Notes under the pieces: generated by a model
What the model was told of the DNA's origin: nothing
Database searches by the model: none
The model's input: the letters and a program-made list of their open reading frames with translations, nothing else
Shown: in pieces, positions 25,367 through 34,221 of the stretch
How positions within the stretch are numbered: position 1 is the stretch's first letter
Layout of the letters: each line of letters opens with the position of its first letter
NCBI GenBank assembly: GCA_043744895.1
Contig: JAYTTT010000185.1
Coordinates: 60,563-124,562, forward strand
DNA length: 64,000 nt
Direction: 5' to 3'
Origin: Gemmatimonadota bacterium
GTDB lineage: Bacteria > Gemmatimonadota > Gemmatimonadetes > Gemmatimonadales > GWC2-71-9
Program-made: the position numbers and the translations under genes

Positions 25367-26204
25367 AACCACTACCACTCGTGAGGTGCGCGGAGTGTCG
25401 CTGTACGAACGGCGGGTCGGCGACGGCTCGCCGACCGTCGTGCTGCACGGGGGCCCGGGCGCGCACCATGACTATCTGCTTCCCGGTTTCGATCGGCTGG
25501 CAGTGGGCCGGACCTTGGTCTACTACGATCAGCGCGGTGGTGGCCGCTCCGCCGTGGGTCGTGACGTGGCGGTGGGGTGGCCGGAGCAAGTGGCCGACCT
25601 CGAGGCCCTTCGGATCGTCTGGGGATTCGACCGGCTGTCGCTGGCCGGATATTCCTGGGGAGGGCTCCTGGCGGTGCTCTACGCCCTCGAGCATCCGGAG
25701 CGAGTGGCATCGCTCGCGTTGGTGTCACCGGCTCCGGCGTGGCGGGGCGCCCGCGACGAGTACGAACGCCGGTTGCTCGCTCGAAACGGGGCCCCCGAGA
25801 TTGTCGAGGCCCGCCGCCGAGTGGTGGCCGGGGGTCTTCGCGAACTCGACCCGGAGCACTATCGTCAGCGGATGTTCGAGTTTTCGGTCGCCGGGTATTT
25901 CCACGACCCGGCATTGGCCCGCGACCTTCGGCCCTTTCGGATTACCGGCCGGACGCAGCAGGCGGTCTGGGACAGTCTCGGAGACTTCGACCTCCGGCCC
26001 CGAATCCCTTCGCTTGCCGTGGTCCCCGCCGTCGTGGTCCACGGGGAGGACGATCCGATCCCCATTGAAACGGCTGAGCTCTTGGCCGGCTTGCTTCGGG
26101 CGCCGCTGCACCGGATCCCGGCGTGCGGGCACGTACCCTATGTCGAAGCACCGGACCAATTTGTCGCCGCCCTCGATTCGTTCTTACCCCGGGGTCCGGC
26201 GTGA
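25359..26204 (+). CDS. alpha/beta hydrolase, S33 proline iminopeptidase-like
   Basis: VVLHGGPGAHHDY (HGGPG oxyanion motif), nucleophile elbow LAGYSWGG, C-terminal GHVPYVE. Start at ATG 25359, overlapping the deacetylase stop by 8 nt. Confidence 0.8.
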   Translation: MGETTTTREVRGVSLYERRVGDGSPTVVLHGGPGAHHDYLLPGFDRLAVGRTLVYYDQRGGGRSAVGRDVAVGWPEQVADLEALRIVWGFDRLSLAGYSWGGLLAVLYALEHPERVASLALVSPAPAWRGARDEYERRLLARNGAPEIVEARRRVVAGGLRELDPEHYRQRMFEFSVAGYFHDPALARDLRPFRITGRTQQAVWDSLGDFDLRPRIPSLAVVPAVVVHGEDDPIPIETAELLAGLLRAPLHRIPACGHVPYVEAPDQFVAALDSFLPRGPA

Positions 26205-26887
26205 GCGCCCGAATCCACCCGTTCGAGGCGGTGTTCGGCTCGATGGCCGAGGCGCGGTTCCCGATGCTCCGCCAGGGCATTGCCGCGGCGGGACGCGATG
26301 CCCGGGATCGAGACGCCTTCGTCCTGGTGCGCGAGGTGGTGGAACTCCTGCGCGAGCTCCGGCCGGTGGAGGCCGAAGGGGATGGGGTCGATCAATTGGT
26401 CGCGTTCGTCCATGCGGCCTATGTCTATTGGGCGGATGGGCTCCGGACGGTGGTAGTCGACCGGGAGACCCTCGACGACCTCGTCGTGCATGACGCCGAG
26501 CCGGGGCCGCTGCCGGCGGGAAGTGGGTACTACGTTCAGCTCGCGCCCCAGCGGGTCTGGGGTGAGTCACAGGCTGGGGTGCCGGTGGAGCCGCTCGACG
26601 GCTGGTTTGCGTTGCCTCGGGCCGGTCAGCTCGAGTTGGTGGCCGTCTTTGGGTTGCACCCGACCCGAGACGGGCTCACGGTCGTGACCGTCGGAGGGCC
26701 GCGGTCGGAGCGCCTCGTTCGTCTCGACCGATCGCGGCTCTTTGCTCCCCGCTTCGAGGGTGCCGCGGCGGCGGGTCTCTGGCAGGTCGACGGGGGGGAC
26801 GAGGTGCTCGAGCTGGCCTATCGCTGTCATGATTTGCTGCCGCCCGGCGGGGTGCCGTTAGGCGTGGAACGGGTGAATACCCGATGA
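26201..26887 (+). CDS. hypothetical protein, translationally coupled between the hydrolase and PolX
   Basis: GTG 26201 forms a GTGA junction with the hydrolase stop, and the stop forms an ATGA junction with the PolX start. 228 aa, soluble, with no motif I recognise. Codon usage is like the neighbouring genes. Confidence 0.55.
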   Translation: MSARIHPFEAVFGSMAEARFPMLRQGIAAAGRDARDRDAFVLVREVVELLRELRPVEAEGDGVDQLVAFVHAAYVYWADGLRTVVVDRETLDDLVVHDAEPGPLPAGSGYYVQLAPQRVWGESQAGVPVEPLDGWFALPRAGQLELVAVFGLHPTRDGLTVVTVGGPRSERLVRLDRSRLFAPRFEGAAAAGLWQVDGGDEVLELAYRCHDLLPPGGVPLGVERVNTR

Positions 26888-28602
26888 GCGTGGATCGCCA
26901 GGCCGTGGCGAGGGTCATGGACCAGATCGCGTCGCATCTGGAACTGCAGAATGAAAACCCATTCAAGATCCGGGCGTTTCGGATGGGGGCGCGGACCATC
27001 AGCGGGTTGGCGGGCGAGCCGGGGCAGTGGCTGACCGAGGGAACGCTCGAGGATATTCCCGGGATCGGCGCCGGCATTCAGGCCGTCATTCGTGACCTGG
27101 TGCAGTCGGGCCGGTCGACGATGCTCGACGAGCTTCGCGAACATGTCCCGCCCGGGTTGGTCGAGATGCTCCGGATATCCGGGCTTGGGGTGGCCAAGGT
27201 TCGGACCATCCACGAGCGCCTCCATCTCGAGTCGATTCCCGAACTCGAGGCGGCGGCTCGTGACGGCCGGCTCGCCGGGCTACCGGGATTTGGCGCCAAG
27301 ACGGCCGAGAACGTGCTCCGCGGGATCGCCCGGCTCCGCCAGGCCACGACCTTCCGGCTCATCCACCATGCCGCGGAAGAGGCGGCGCGGCTCGAATCGA
27401 TTCTCGGGCAGGTTTCGGGCGTCACGGCGGCCATCGCGGCCGGCGAGGTCCGCCGCGGCCTCGAGTTGGTGAGCGAGATCGTCATTGTGCTGGCCGCCAA
27501 CGAGCCGCCGGAACACGTCCTCAGAGCGATTGCGGAGCTGCCGGGGGTCGACGAGTTTGGCGGACAGGACGAGCGGCGGGCGACGATCCGGTTTGCCGGG
27601 GGTGAGAGCGCCCAGGTGATCGTCACCCCCGAAGCGAACCTCGGCACGGTCCTGCTCCAGGCCACCGGCAGCGCGGAGCACCTCCGTCAAGTCGTGGCGC
27701 TGGCCGGTGCCAACGGCTACACCCTCCGGGGCGCGGCGCTCTGGCGGGGCAGCGAGTTCGTGGCGACGCCCGACGAGGCGGCCGTCTATCGGGCGTTCGG
27801 CCGGCCGTTGATCCCCCCCGAGCTTCGCGAGGGGCTCGGCGAGGTCGAGGGCGAGTTGCCGGTTCTGATCGAGCGGCATCATCTCCAGGGCCTGATTCAC
27901 TGTCACACCAGCTATTCGGACGGGAGCTCTTCGGTTCGGGATCTGGGCCGGGTCTGCGGCGAAGCTGGGTACGGCTATGTCGGCATTACCGACCACAGCG
28001 GAACGGCCGCCTACATCGGTGGGTTGAGCGAAGCCGATCTTCGCCGCCAATGGGAGGAGATCGATCGGGCCAACGAGGAAAAGGCCGGCGCCCGGATCCT
28101 CAAGGGGATCGAGGCCGATATCCTGGCCGACGGCCGGCTCGGGTACTCGGATGCTTTGCTCGAGGGCTTCGATTTCGTGATCGCGTCGGTTCACAACCGA
28201 TTCGAGATGAACCGCGACCAGATGACCGAACGGATCCTCACCGTTATGGACCATCCCGCCGTCACCATCTTGGGTCACCTCACCGGCCGGCTGTTGCTGT
28301 CCCGCGAACCCTACCAGTTGGATCACGCCCGGGTGTTCGCGAAGGCCGCCGCCGCGGGAGTGGCCATCGAAATCAACGCCGATCCCCAGCGGCTCGACCT
28401 CGACTGGCGCTTGGTTCGCGAGGCCAAATTGGCCGGGGTCACGATCTCGATCGGGGCCGACGCCCATTCGATGGCCGGCCTCGACAATGTCCGGTTTGGC
28501 ATCACCATGGCCCGCAAAGGGTGGCTCACGGCCGCCGACGTCTTGAACGCGCGCCCGGTCGCGGGCTTTCTTAAGTTTGCGGCCGCGCGACGGAGATCCT
28601 AA
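26884..28602 (+). CDS. polX: DNA polymerase X family protein with C-terminal PHP phosphoesterase domain
   Basis: N-terminal 8-kDa/HhH region (ELQNENPFKIRAFRMGARTI, PGIGAGIQAVI, GVAKVRTI, GFGAKTAENV). PHP motifs HCHTSYSDG, ASVHNRF, ADAHS. Confidence 0.9.
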   Translation: MSVDRQAVARVMDQIASHLELQNENPFKIRAFRMGARTISGLAGEPGQWLTEGTLEDIPGIGAGIQAVIRDLVQSGRSTMLDELREHVPPGLVEMLRISGLGVAKVRTIHERLHLESIPELEAAARDGRLAGLPGFGAKTAENVLRGIARLRQATTFRLIHHAAEEAARLESILGQVSGVTAAIAAGEVRRGLELVSEIVIVLAANEPPEHVLRAIAELPGVDEFGGQDERRATIRFAGGESAQVIVTPEANLGTVLLQATGSAEHLRQVVALAGANGYTLRGAALWRGSEFVATPDEAAVYRAFGRPLIPPELREGLGEVEGELPVLIERHHLQGLIHCHTSYSDGSSSVRDLGRVCGEAGYGYVGITDHSGTAAYIGGLSEADLRRQWEEIDRANEEKAGARILKGIEADILADGRLGYSDALLEGFDFVIASVHNRFEMNRDQMTERILTVMDHPAVTILGHLTGRLLLSREPYQLDHARVFAKAAAAGVAIEINADPQRLDLDWRLVREAKLAGVTISIGADAHSMAGLDNVRFGITMARKGWLTAADVLNARPVAGFLKFAAARRRS

Positions 28603-29252
28603 TGGCTGAATCGGCGGCTGATCGAACCAAACGGGCCAAGAAGATCCTCGCCAAACTCAGGGCCGAGTATCCCGATGCCCACTGCGCGCTAGATCACCGA
28701 ACCCCGTTCGAGTTGCTGGCGGCCACGATTCTGTCGGCCCAATGCACCGATGTTCGGGTCAACCTGGTCACGCCGGCGCTGTTCGCGAAGTATCCGACTG
28801 CCCGCGACCTGGCGGCTGCCCGGCCTGAAGACGTCGAAGATCTGGTTCGCTCCACCGGTTTTTTCAGGAACAAGACCAAGAGCCTGATCGGCATGGCCAC
28901 CGCGGTCGCCCAAGACCACGGGGGCGAGGTTCCCAAGGACATGGAGGCGCTGCGAGTGCTACCGGGCGTCGGGCGGAAAACCGCCAACGTGGTCCTGGGG
29001 AATGCCTTCGGCATCAACGACGGGGTGGTGGTCGATACCCATGTGGGCCGCCTGTCCGGCCTGCTCAAACTCACCAAGCATCACGATCCCGAGAAAATCG
29101 AAAGAGACCTGATGGCGCTGGTTCCTCGGGACGATTGGACCCTGGTGTCGCACTGGCTGATCAGCCACGGCCGGCAGGTCTGTATTGCCCGGCGCCCGCA
29201 GTGTGGTCGCTGCGTCGTGGCCAAACTCTGCCCTTCAGCCGCCTCCGCCTAG
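28602..29252 (+). CDS. nth: endonuclease III (DNA glycosylase/AP lyase)
   Basis: ILSAQCTDVRVN, HhH-GPD LPGVGRKTANVVLGNAF, catalytic VVDTHV, and the 4Fe-4S cluster CIARRPQCGRCVVAKLC. Confidence 0.9.
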   Translation: MAESAADRTKRAKKILAKLRAEYPDAHCALDHRTPFELLAATILSAQCTDVRVNLVTPALFAKYPTARDLAAARPEDVEDLVRSTGFFRNKTKSLIGMATAVAQDHGGEVPKDMEALRVLPGVGRKTANVVLGNAFGINDGVVVDTHVGRLSGLLKLTKHHDPEKIERDLMALVPRDDWTLVSHWLISHGRQVCIARRPQCGRCVVAKLCPSAASA

Positions 29253-29915
29253 CAAACGATCGAAGAGACTTGGCAGCTTGCCCTGGCCGGTCGGAAACTT
29301 CTCCTTCACCTCGACCGAGCCGAGGAGGGCGGTTCCGGCGAGGCGGATCAGCAGGCCGTTCGGACCGGCACCCTGGGCGCTTCGGGTCGAATGAGTCGAA
29401 CTCGAGAGCGTTTCCTCGACCTCGTTTTCGACTTGAGTTCCCGCCGGTACGATCAACGTGAACGATCCAACCTTGACGTCGATATGGATGTCGATCACGT
29501 CCGCCCCGAAGACCGCGTCTCGCAGGTCGATCGTCATTTCCCCAAACAAAACCTTGGCATCGAGGTTGAGCGGTACCGTCCACGACCCAGCCCGGGTCGT
29601 GGACCCGAAGACGCTCGTCAGCCGGAGGTACTCGGCCGGCGAAACCGGAGCGACTCCGGTGTGGTCGGCCGGAGCCGGGTATTGGGAGCCGGTGATGGCG
29701 GGCGGAAAGACCAAGCCGTCCAAATCGGCCAGAATGGCGGCGAGGGTGGCCTCGTTCGGGGCGTGCCGAACCTGGTCGAGGCGAGACTCAAACCCCTCGA
29801 CCGTGAGGTGGTCGTTGGCTTGGGCCTGGCAGAGGACCCGGATCGCTTCGCGGCGGGCGGAATCGAGGTCGGACATTGCGACCGGAAGATACTCGGGCAT
29901 CGAGGGCGTCGGCAT
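29235..29915 (-). CDS. DUF1707-type N-terminal domain protein with LiaF-like C-terminal beta-rich domain
   Basis: The N-terminus SDLDSARREAIRVLCQAQANDHLTVEGFESRLDQVRHAPNEATLAAILADL matches the DUF1707 pattern. The C-terminal half resembles the LiaF/DUF2154-type repeat region. 18-nt convergent overlap with nth. Confidence 0.65.
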   Translation of the reverse strand: MPTPSMPEYLPVAMSDLDSARREAIRVLCQAQANDHLTVEGFESRLDQVRHAPNEATLAAILADLDGLVFPPAITGSQYPAPADHTGVAPVSPAEYLRLTSVFGSTTRAGSWTVPLNLDAKVLFGEMTIDLRDAVFGADVIDIHIDVKVGSFTLIVPAGTQVENEVEETLSSSTHSTRSAQGAGPNGLLIRLAGTALLGSVEVKEKFPTGQGKLPSLFDRLLGGGG

Positions 29916-30010
29916 CGGGTGCGGGTCTGACGGAGCCCGGACGGCCCGAGTTTCACCATGGGGTGGGCGGGCTTACTTTACCGGCCAACGTCTACCCTCA
30001 GGAATGATCC

Positions 30011-30457
30011 GTGAAGACCGCTACCATCGAAACCGCCCGCGGCACCATGATTGCCGAACTGTTCGATACCGAAACTCCGAAGACCGTCGCCAACTTCGAG
30101 AAACTTGCGAATGAGGGCTTCTACGACGGAACCCGGTTCCATCGGGTCATCGCCGATTTCATGATTCAGGGCGGCGACCCGCTTTCCAAGGATCCCAATA
30201 ACTCCCGGGTTGGTACCGGCGGGCCGGGGTACCATATCAAATGTGAGTGTCACCTGAATACCCACCAGCACGTCGCCGGCAGTCTTTCGATGGCCCATGC
30301 CGGCAAGGATACCGGCGGGAGCCAGTTCTTCGTCTGCCATTCGCCGCAGGGGCACCTCGACGGGAAGCACACGGTGTTCGGCCAGGTGACCACCGGCATG
30401 AATGTCGTCAACTCGATCAAGGCGAACGACCTGATCCCGTCGATCCGGGTGGCCTGA
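30011..30457 (+). CDS. peptidyl-prolyl cis-trans isomerase, cyclophilin type
   Basis: [46 protein letters not shown] start. Confidence 0.9.
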   Translation: MKTATIETARGTMIAELFDTETPKTVANFEKLANEGFYDGTRFHRVIADFMIQGGDPLSKDPNNSRVGTGGPGYHIKCECHLNTHQHVAGSLSMAHAGKDTGGSQFFVCHSPQGHLDGKHTVFGQVTTGMNVVNSIKANDLIPSIRVA

Positions 30458-30462
30458 ACCCG

Positions 30463-30876
30463 GTGCAAGTCGATTTCGCGGTCCTCGCGGATTATGCCCT
30501 GATCGACCAGCAGGGCAAGCTGTCGGTGCTCGGCATCTTTCAGCACGTCTGGGTGGCCAGCTTTCCAGCCACCCATCCGCGGACTCACTTAGTCCTTCGG
30601 GTCAAAGGCCGACGGACTGAAATCGGCGCGCATTCGATGCGAATCCGGTTCGTTGACGAGCAGGGCCAAGAGTTGATGGGCGGTGAAGGCACGGTCCAGT
30701 TCGGTGAACCAGCCGCCGGCGTTACCGAGGTCGAAGCCGGGGCGGTGCTGGTGTTTGATGTCCCATTGCCGCACCCGGGCACGTTCGCCTTCGAGATCGT
30801 TCTTGGGGTCCACGTGGTTCGGGTGCCCCTCTCGGCCGCCTTGATTCCGCCGCCCGCGAGCGGCCAACTCCACTGA
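30463..30876 (+). CDS. hypothetical protein (small beta-rich)
   Basis: In-frame GTG 30463, 6 nt after the cyclophilin stop. Reads VQVDFAVLADYALIDQQGKLSVLGIFQHVWV.... The upstream part of ORF 30247..30876 overlaps the cyclophilin gene out of frame. Confidence 0.5.
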   Translation: MQVDFAVLADYALIDQQGKLSVLGIFQHVWVASFPATHPRTHLVLRVKGRRTEIGAHSMRIRFVDEQGQELMGGEGTVQFGEPAAGVTEVEAGAVLVFDVPLPHPGTFAFEIVLGVHVVRVPLSAALIPPPASGQLH

Positions 30877-30884
30877 GTACTCTC

Positions 30885-31463
30885 ATGCTCGATCGCTCCG
30901 CTGCCGTGGCGCTGGTCCACGAGTACACCGCTTCCGACGCGCTTCGCAAACACATGGCGGCGGTCGAGATCGCCATGCGAGCCATGGCCGCCAAATTTGG
31001 CCAGGATCCGGAGTATTGGGGCCTCGTGGGCTTGCTCCACGATTTCGACTACGAGCGCTACCCGAATGCCGCTCATTCGGCGACCGAGGAGCATCCCGCC
31101 GAAGGGGTTCGGATTCTCGCCGCTCGCGGTCTTCCCGAGGACGGTCAGCAAGCCATCCTCGGCCATGCCCGGTACTCCGGGGTGGCGCGAACCACGGCCC
31201 TGGCCAAGTCGCTGTTCGCGGTCGATGAGCTGTCTGGCTTTCTGGTCGCGTGTGCCTTGGTCCGCCCGTCTCGTTCCCTGGCCGACCTGGAAGTGTCCAG
31301 CGTCAAGAAGAAGCTCAAAGACAAGGGCTTTGCCCGCGGCGTCAGCCGAGAAGACGTGTATGGCAGTGTCGAAGAGCTGGGCCTTTCGCTCGACGAACAC
31401 GTCGAGTTCGTGCTCGTGGCGCTCCGCCCTCATGAAAAGTTGCTTGGGCTCGGCCTGCCATGA
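30885..31463 (+). CDS. HD domain phosphohydrolase
   Basis: HMAAVEIAMRAMA...GLLHDFDYERYP contains the H...HD...D metal motif of HD/HDIG hydrolases. 192 aa. Confidence 0.8.
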   Translation: MLDRSAAVALVHEYTASDALRKHMAAVEIAMRAMAAKFGQDPEYWGLVGLLHDFDYERYPNAAHSATEEHPAEGVRILAARGLPEDGQQAILGHARYSGVARTTALAKSLFAVDELSGFLVACALVRPSRSLADLEVSSVKKKLKDKGFARGVSREDVYGSVEELGLSLDEHVEFVLVALRPHEKLLGLGLP

Positions 31464-32881
31464 GCCCGAGCGGCCGCCCGCAATCCCTGGCGGCCGATGC
31501 GATCGAGCGGGCATTCGACCGGGCCACGGGCAGTCGCCCGATTCCCGGGAATCGGGTCTCGTTGTTGTTCGACGGGCCCCCGGCGTTCGAGGCGATGCTC
31601 GCGCTCATTGCCGGGGCCGAGCGGTGGATTCACTTCGACAACTACATCTTTCGGTCCGATCAGACCGGGTTCCGATTCGCTGAGGCCCTGGCCGCACGAG
31701 CCCGTGCCGGAGTCAAGGTTCGGGTTTCGGTCGATTGGCTCGGTTCCTTGGGCACCAAGCGAACGCTCTGGCAGTTCCTCGAGTCGGCCGGAATCTCGAT
31801 GCATTTCTTTCACCGACCCGGCCTATTCGATCTCCCCTCCTACTTGAGCCGGAATCACCGCAAGCTGATCGTGGTCGATGGCTGGCGGGCGGTGTTAGGC
31901 GGCATCTGTATCGGCGACGAGTGGGCCGGTGACCCGGCCCGGGGCCGGTTGCCATGGCGGGACACGGCCCTTGCCGTCGACGGGCCGGCGGCCGCCGCGC
32001 TCGACCGGGCCTTTGCCAGAACCTGGGCCATCGGGGCGGATCGACTTCCGGATGATGAGTTCGCCAGCGACGTCGAAGCCTGTGGCCCGGCGTTCGTGCG
32101 GGTCCTAGCGGGCGAACCCGCCACTGAGCGGGCCTACCGGGTCTCGGAACTTCTGCTGGCCACGGCGGCCGAACGAGTGTGGGTCACCGACGCCTATCTG
32201 GTCGCACCGCGGCGCTTGTACCGGTACTTGGTCGATGCCGCCACTGAAGGGGTTGACGTCCGGCTCCTGGTACCGGGAACCAGCGATGTTCCATGGGTGC
32301 GCAATCTGACTCGTTTCGGCTACCGTGACCTGATCCGGGCCGGGGTCCGGATTTACGAGTGGAGCGGACCGATGCTTCATGCCAAGACGGTGGTGGCCGA
32401 CGGGCGTTGGGTCCGGGTCGGCTCCAGCAACCTCAACCATTCGAGTTTGGTCAGTAATTATGAACTTGACGTGCTGGTCGACGCCCCGGATCTTGCTGGT
32501 GAGATGGAGGCCCAGTTCCGGCGCGACTTGGATCAGAGCGCCGAGGTTTCGACTCGCCCAATTCGGGCGCCTCGCCGGCTCCGAACGGTGCTGCCGCCCG
32601 CGCTCGCCATCCCGGCGCCCGGCCGCGCCGGCGCCCGCCACACCCGCGGGGTCCGGGAGCGGCGCGGCCGATCGGTCCTCGCGATGCGAACCCTGGTGGC
32701 TGGGGCTCGGTTGGCCTTGTTCGGCCCCCTCGCTCTGGTCCTGGCGGTCACCGGGGTCCTGTTCTTCGCCATTCCCCGCGTCATGGCCGTAAGTTTCGGA
32801 GCGATAAGCGTTTGGCTCGCTCTCGTGGCCGGTGCCGAAGCGCTCAGGCGGCGCCGAGACCAGGCCGACCGGCCGGAGTGA
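31460..32881 (+). CDS. phospholipase D / cardiolipin synthase family protein with C-terminal TM helices
   Basis: Two HKD motifs: NHRKLIVVDGWRAVLGGICIGDEW and MLHAKTVVADGRWVRVGSSNLNHSS. C-terminal hydrophobic pair LALFGPLALVLAVTGVLFFAI / AVSFGAISVWLALVAGA. ATGA coupling to the HD gene. Confidence 0.85.
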   Translation: MSPSGRPQSLAADAIERAFDRATGSRPIPGNRVSLLFDGPPAFEAMLALIAGAERWIHFDNYIFRSDQTGFRFAEALAARARAGVKVRVSVDWLGSLGTKRTLWQFLESAGISMHFFHRPGLFDLPSYLSRNHRKLIVVDGWRAVLGGICIGDEWAGDPARGRLPWRDTALAVDGPAAAALDRAFARTWAIGADRLPDDEFASDVEACGPAFVRVLAGEPATERAYRVSELLLATAAERVWVTDAYLVAPRRLYRYLVDAATEGVDVRLLVPGTSDVPWVRNLTRFGYRDLIRAGVRIYEWSGPMLHAKTVVADGRWVRVGSSNLNHSSLVSNYELDVLVDAPDLAGEMEAQFRRDLDQSAEVSTRPIRAPRRLRTVLPPALAIPAPGRAGARHTRGVRERRGRSVLAMRTLVAGARLALFGPLALVLAVTGVLFFAIPRVMAVSFGAISVWLALVAGAEALRRRRDQADRPE

Positions 32882-32894
32882 ACCGGCTCAACGG

Positions 32895-33464
32895 ATGTCC
32901 TCCCACCCGCGTATAAGCGACGTGAACGAACCAGGCTTGGCCGAAGCGGCCCGCAAGGGCGACGCGGATGCGTACGGGTGCCTGGTTGTGGCGTACGCCT
33001 TGGTGGCTCGGCGGGTGGCGTATTCGTTCGTGGGCAATTGGGACGAAGCGGAAGATGTGGTCCAGGACGCTTCGCTCGCCGCGTGGCAGGCGATCGAACG
33101 CTTCGATCCGGCTCGAGCGTTCCGGCCGTGGTTTCTTCGGATCGTCGCCAACGCCGCGCTCGATCAGCTCCGCCGCCGCCGAGTTCGTGATGCTGAACCG
33201 TTGCACGAGTCGTTGCCGAGCCGAGGGGTGTTGCCCGATGCTGCCGCCGACCGAATCCTGATGCGGGAGCGGATTGACACGGCCATGGCCGGGTTGCCGG
33301 AGCGGCAGCGAGTGGCCGTGATGATGTTCGACGGTGAAGGCTATAGTCACGCGGAAGTCGCGAGCGTGTTGCAGGTGCCCGAGGGCACCGTCCGCTCGTA
33401 TGTGTTTCACGCGCGGCGGGCGCTCCGAAAAGCGCTCGCGGCCCTGGTGGAGGAACCGGCATGA
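32895..33464 (+). CDS. RNA polymerase ECF-type sigma-70 factor
   Basis: Region 2 (YGCLVVAYALVARRVAYSFVGNWDEAEDVVQDASLAAW) and region 4 (QRVAVMMFDGEGYSHAEVASVLQVPEGTVRSYVFHARRALR). Start set at ATG 32895. Confidence 0.85.
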   Translation: MSSHPRISDVNEPGLAEAARKGDADAYGCLVVAYALVARRVAYSFVGNWDEAEDVVQDASLAAWQAIERFDPARAFRPWFLRIVANAALDQLRRRRVRDAEPLHESLPSRGVLPDAAADRILMRERIDTAMAGLPERQRVAVMMFDGEGYSHAEVASVLQVPEGTVRSYVFHARRALRKALAALVEEPA

Positions 33465-33817
33465 CGGAACAGATGCCATTTGGAAACGAGCCTGATCAAG
33501 AACTGGGGTCGCTGATTCGCGACGCTTATCGGGGCCCTGACCCGGCGCCATTTTTCGCCCGGCTGAACGGGGTCCTCGAGGGGTTGCCGGCGCGAGCGTC
33601 GCAGTGGGACGTGCTGGCGACATGGGCCCGGCCCGGTGTCGTCGCGGCAGCGGCGGCGGCGGCGTTCTTCCTTGGCGTGGCGCTGTGGCAGAGTTGGCGC
33701 AGTCAGGTCTCCGGGCCGGCGCCCGTGCCGCCATCGGTATCGGTAGCCATGCTCGATGCGGCGCCCATTCGGCTGGGTGAAGACCAGATCCTCTACGCGG
33801 TCTTGGAGGGACGATGA
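33461..33817 (+). CDS. putative anti-sigma factor (single TM)
   Basis: ATGA-coupled to the sigma gene. One TM helix, GVVAAAAAAAFFLGVALW. Assigned by position only. Confidence 0.5.
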   Translation: MTEQMPFGNEPDQELGSLIRDAYRGPDPAPFFARLNGVLEGLPARASQWDVLATWARPGVVAAAAAAAFFLGVALWQSWRSQVSGPAPVPPSVSVAMLDAAPIRLGEDQILYAVLEGR

Positions 33818-34221
33818 TCAAGTCTCGGTCAGCAGCGATCCGTTTACTCGCCCTCGCTTTTGCGCTCGGTGCCTTGGCTGGTGGCGCGGCGACCATGCTC
33901 GCCGACCGGGGCAACCATCGCTCGGACGGACATGGGAGCGACGGCCGGGAGGGCTATGTAGCGCGTCTCCGAGAAGAACTCGGCCTCTCGGCCGGGCAGC
34001 AGGAGGTCATCAATGGCGTCTTGCGCCGGCACGAGCCGGTGATGGATTCGATGTTCCGGGCCATTCGGGCCGAGCATCCCGAGGTGGATCAGCAGCGGTT
34101 CGCCGCTCGGCAGGAAATTCGAGCGACGCTCACGCCGGAACAAGCAACCAAGTACGATGCAATGTTGGCTCGGCGCGATAGTGCCCACCGAGCCCGGGAA
34201 GCGACGAATGGCAACAAGTAG
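33814..34221 (+). CDS. periplasmic Spy/CpxP-family (LTXXQ-motif) protein
   Basis: Signal/anchor segment, then two LTXXQ-like motifs (LSAGQQEVINGV, LTPEQATKYDAM). ATGA-coupled to the anti-sigma gene. Confidence 0.6.
   Translation: MIKSRSAAIRLLALAFALGALAGGAATMLADRGNHRSDGHGSDGREGYVARLREELGLSAGQQEVINGVLRRHEPVMDSMFRAIRAEHPEVDQQRFAARQEIRATLTPEQATKYDAMLARRDSAHRAREATNGNK

Noticed and set aside
24368-25378. Long antisense ORFs opposite strong genes (24368..25378, 27280..28467, 32844..33914, 35781..37115, 37652..38662, 39055..40209, 40324..41364, 48284..49162, 49731..50651, 53967..55022)
   Set aside because: All lie opposite genes with clear catalytic motifs and show Arg/Pro/Gly/His-rich composition without motifs. 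Long stop-free antisense frames are expected at this GC content.
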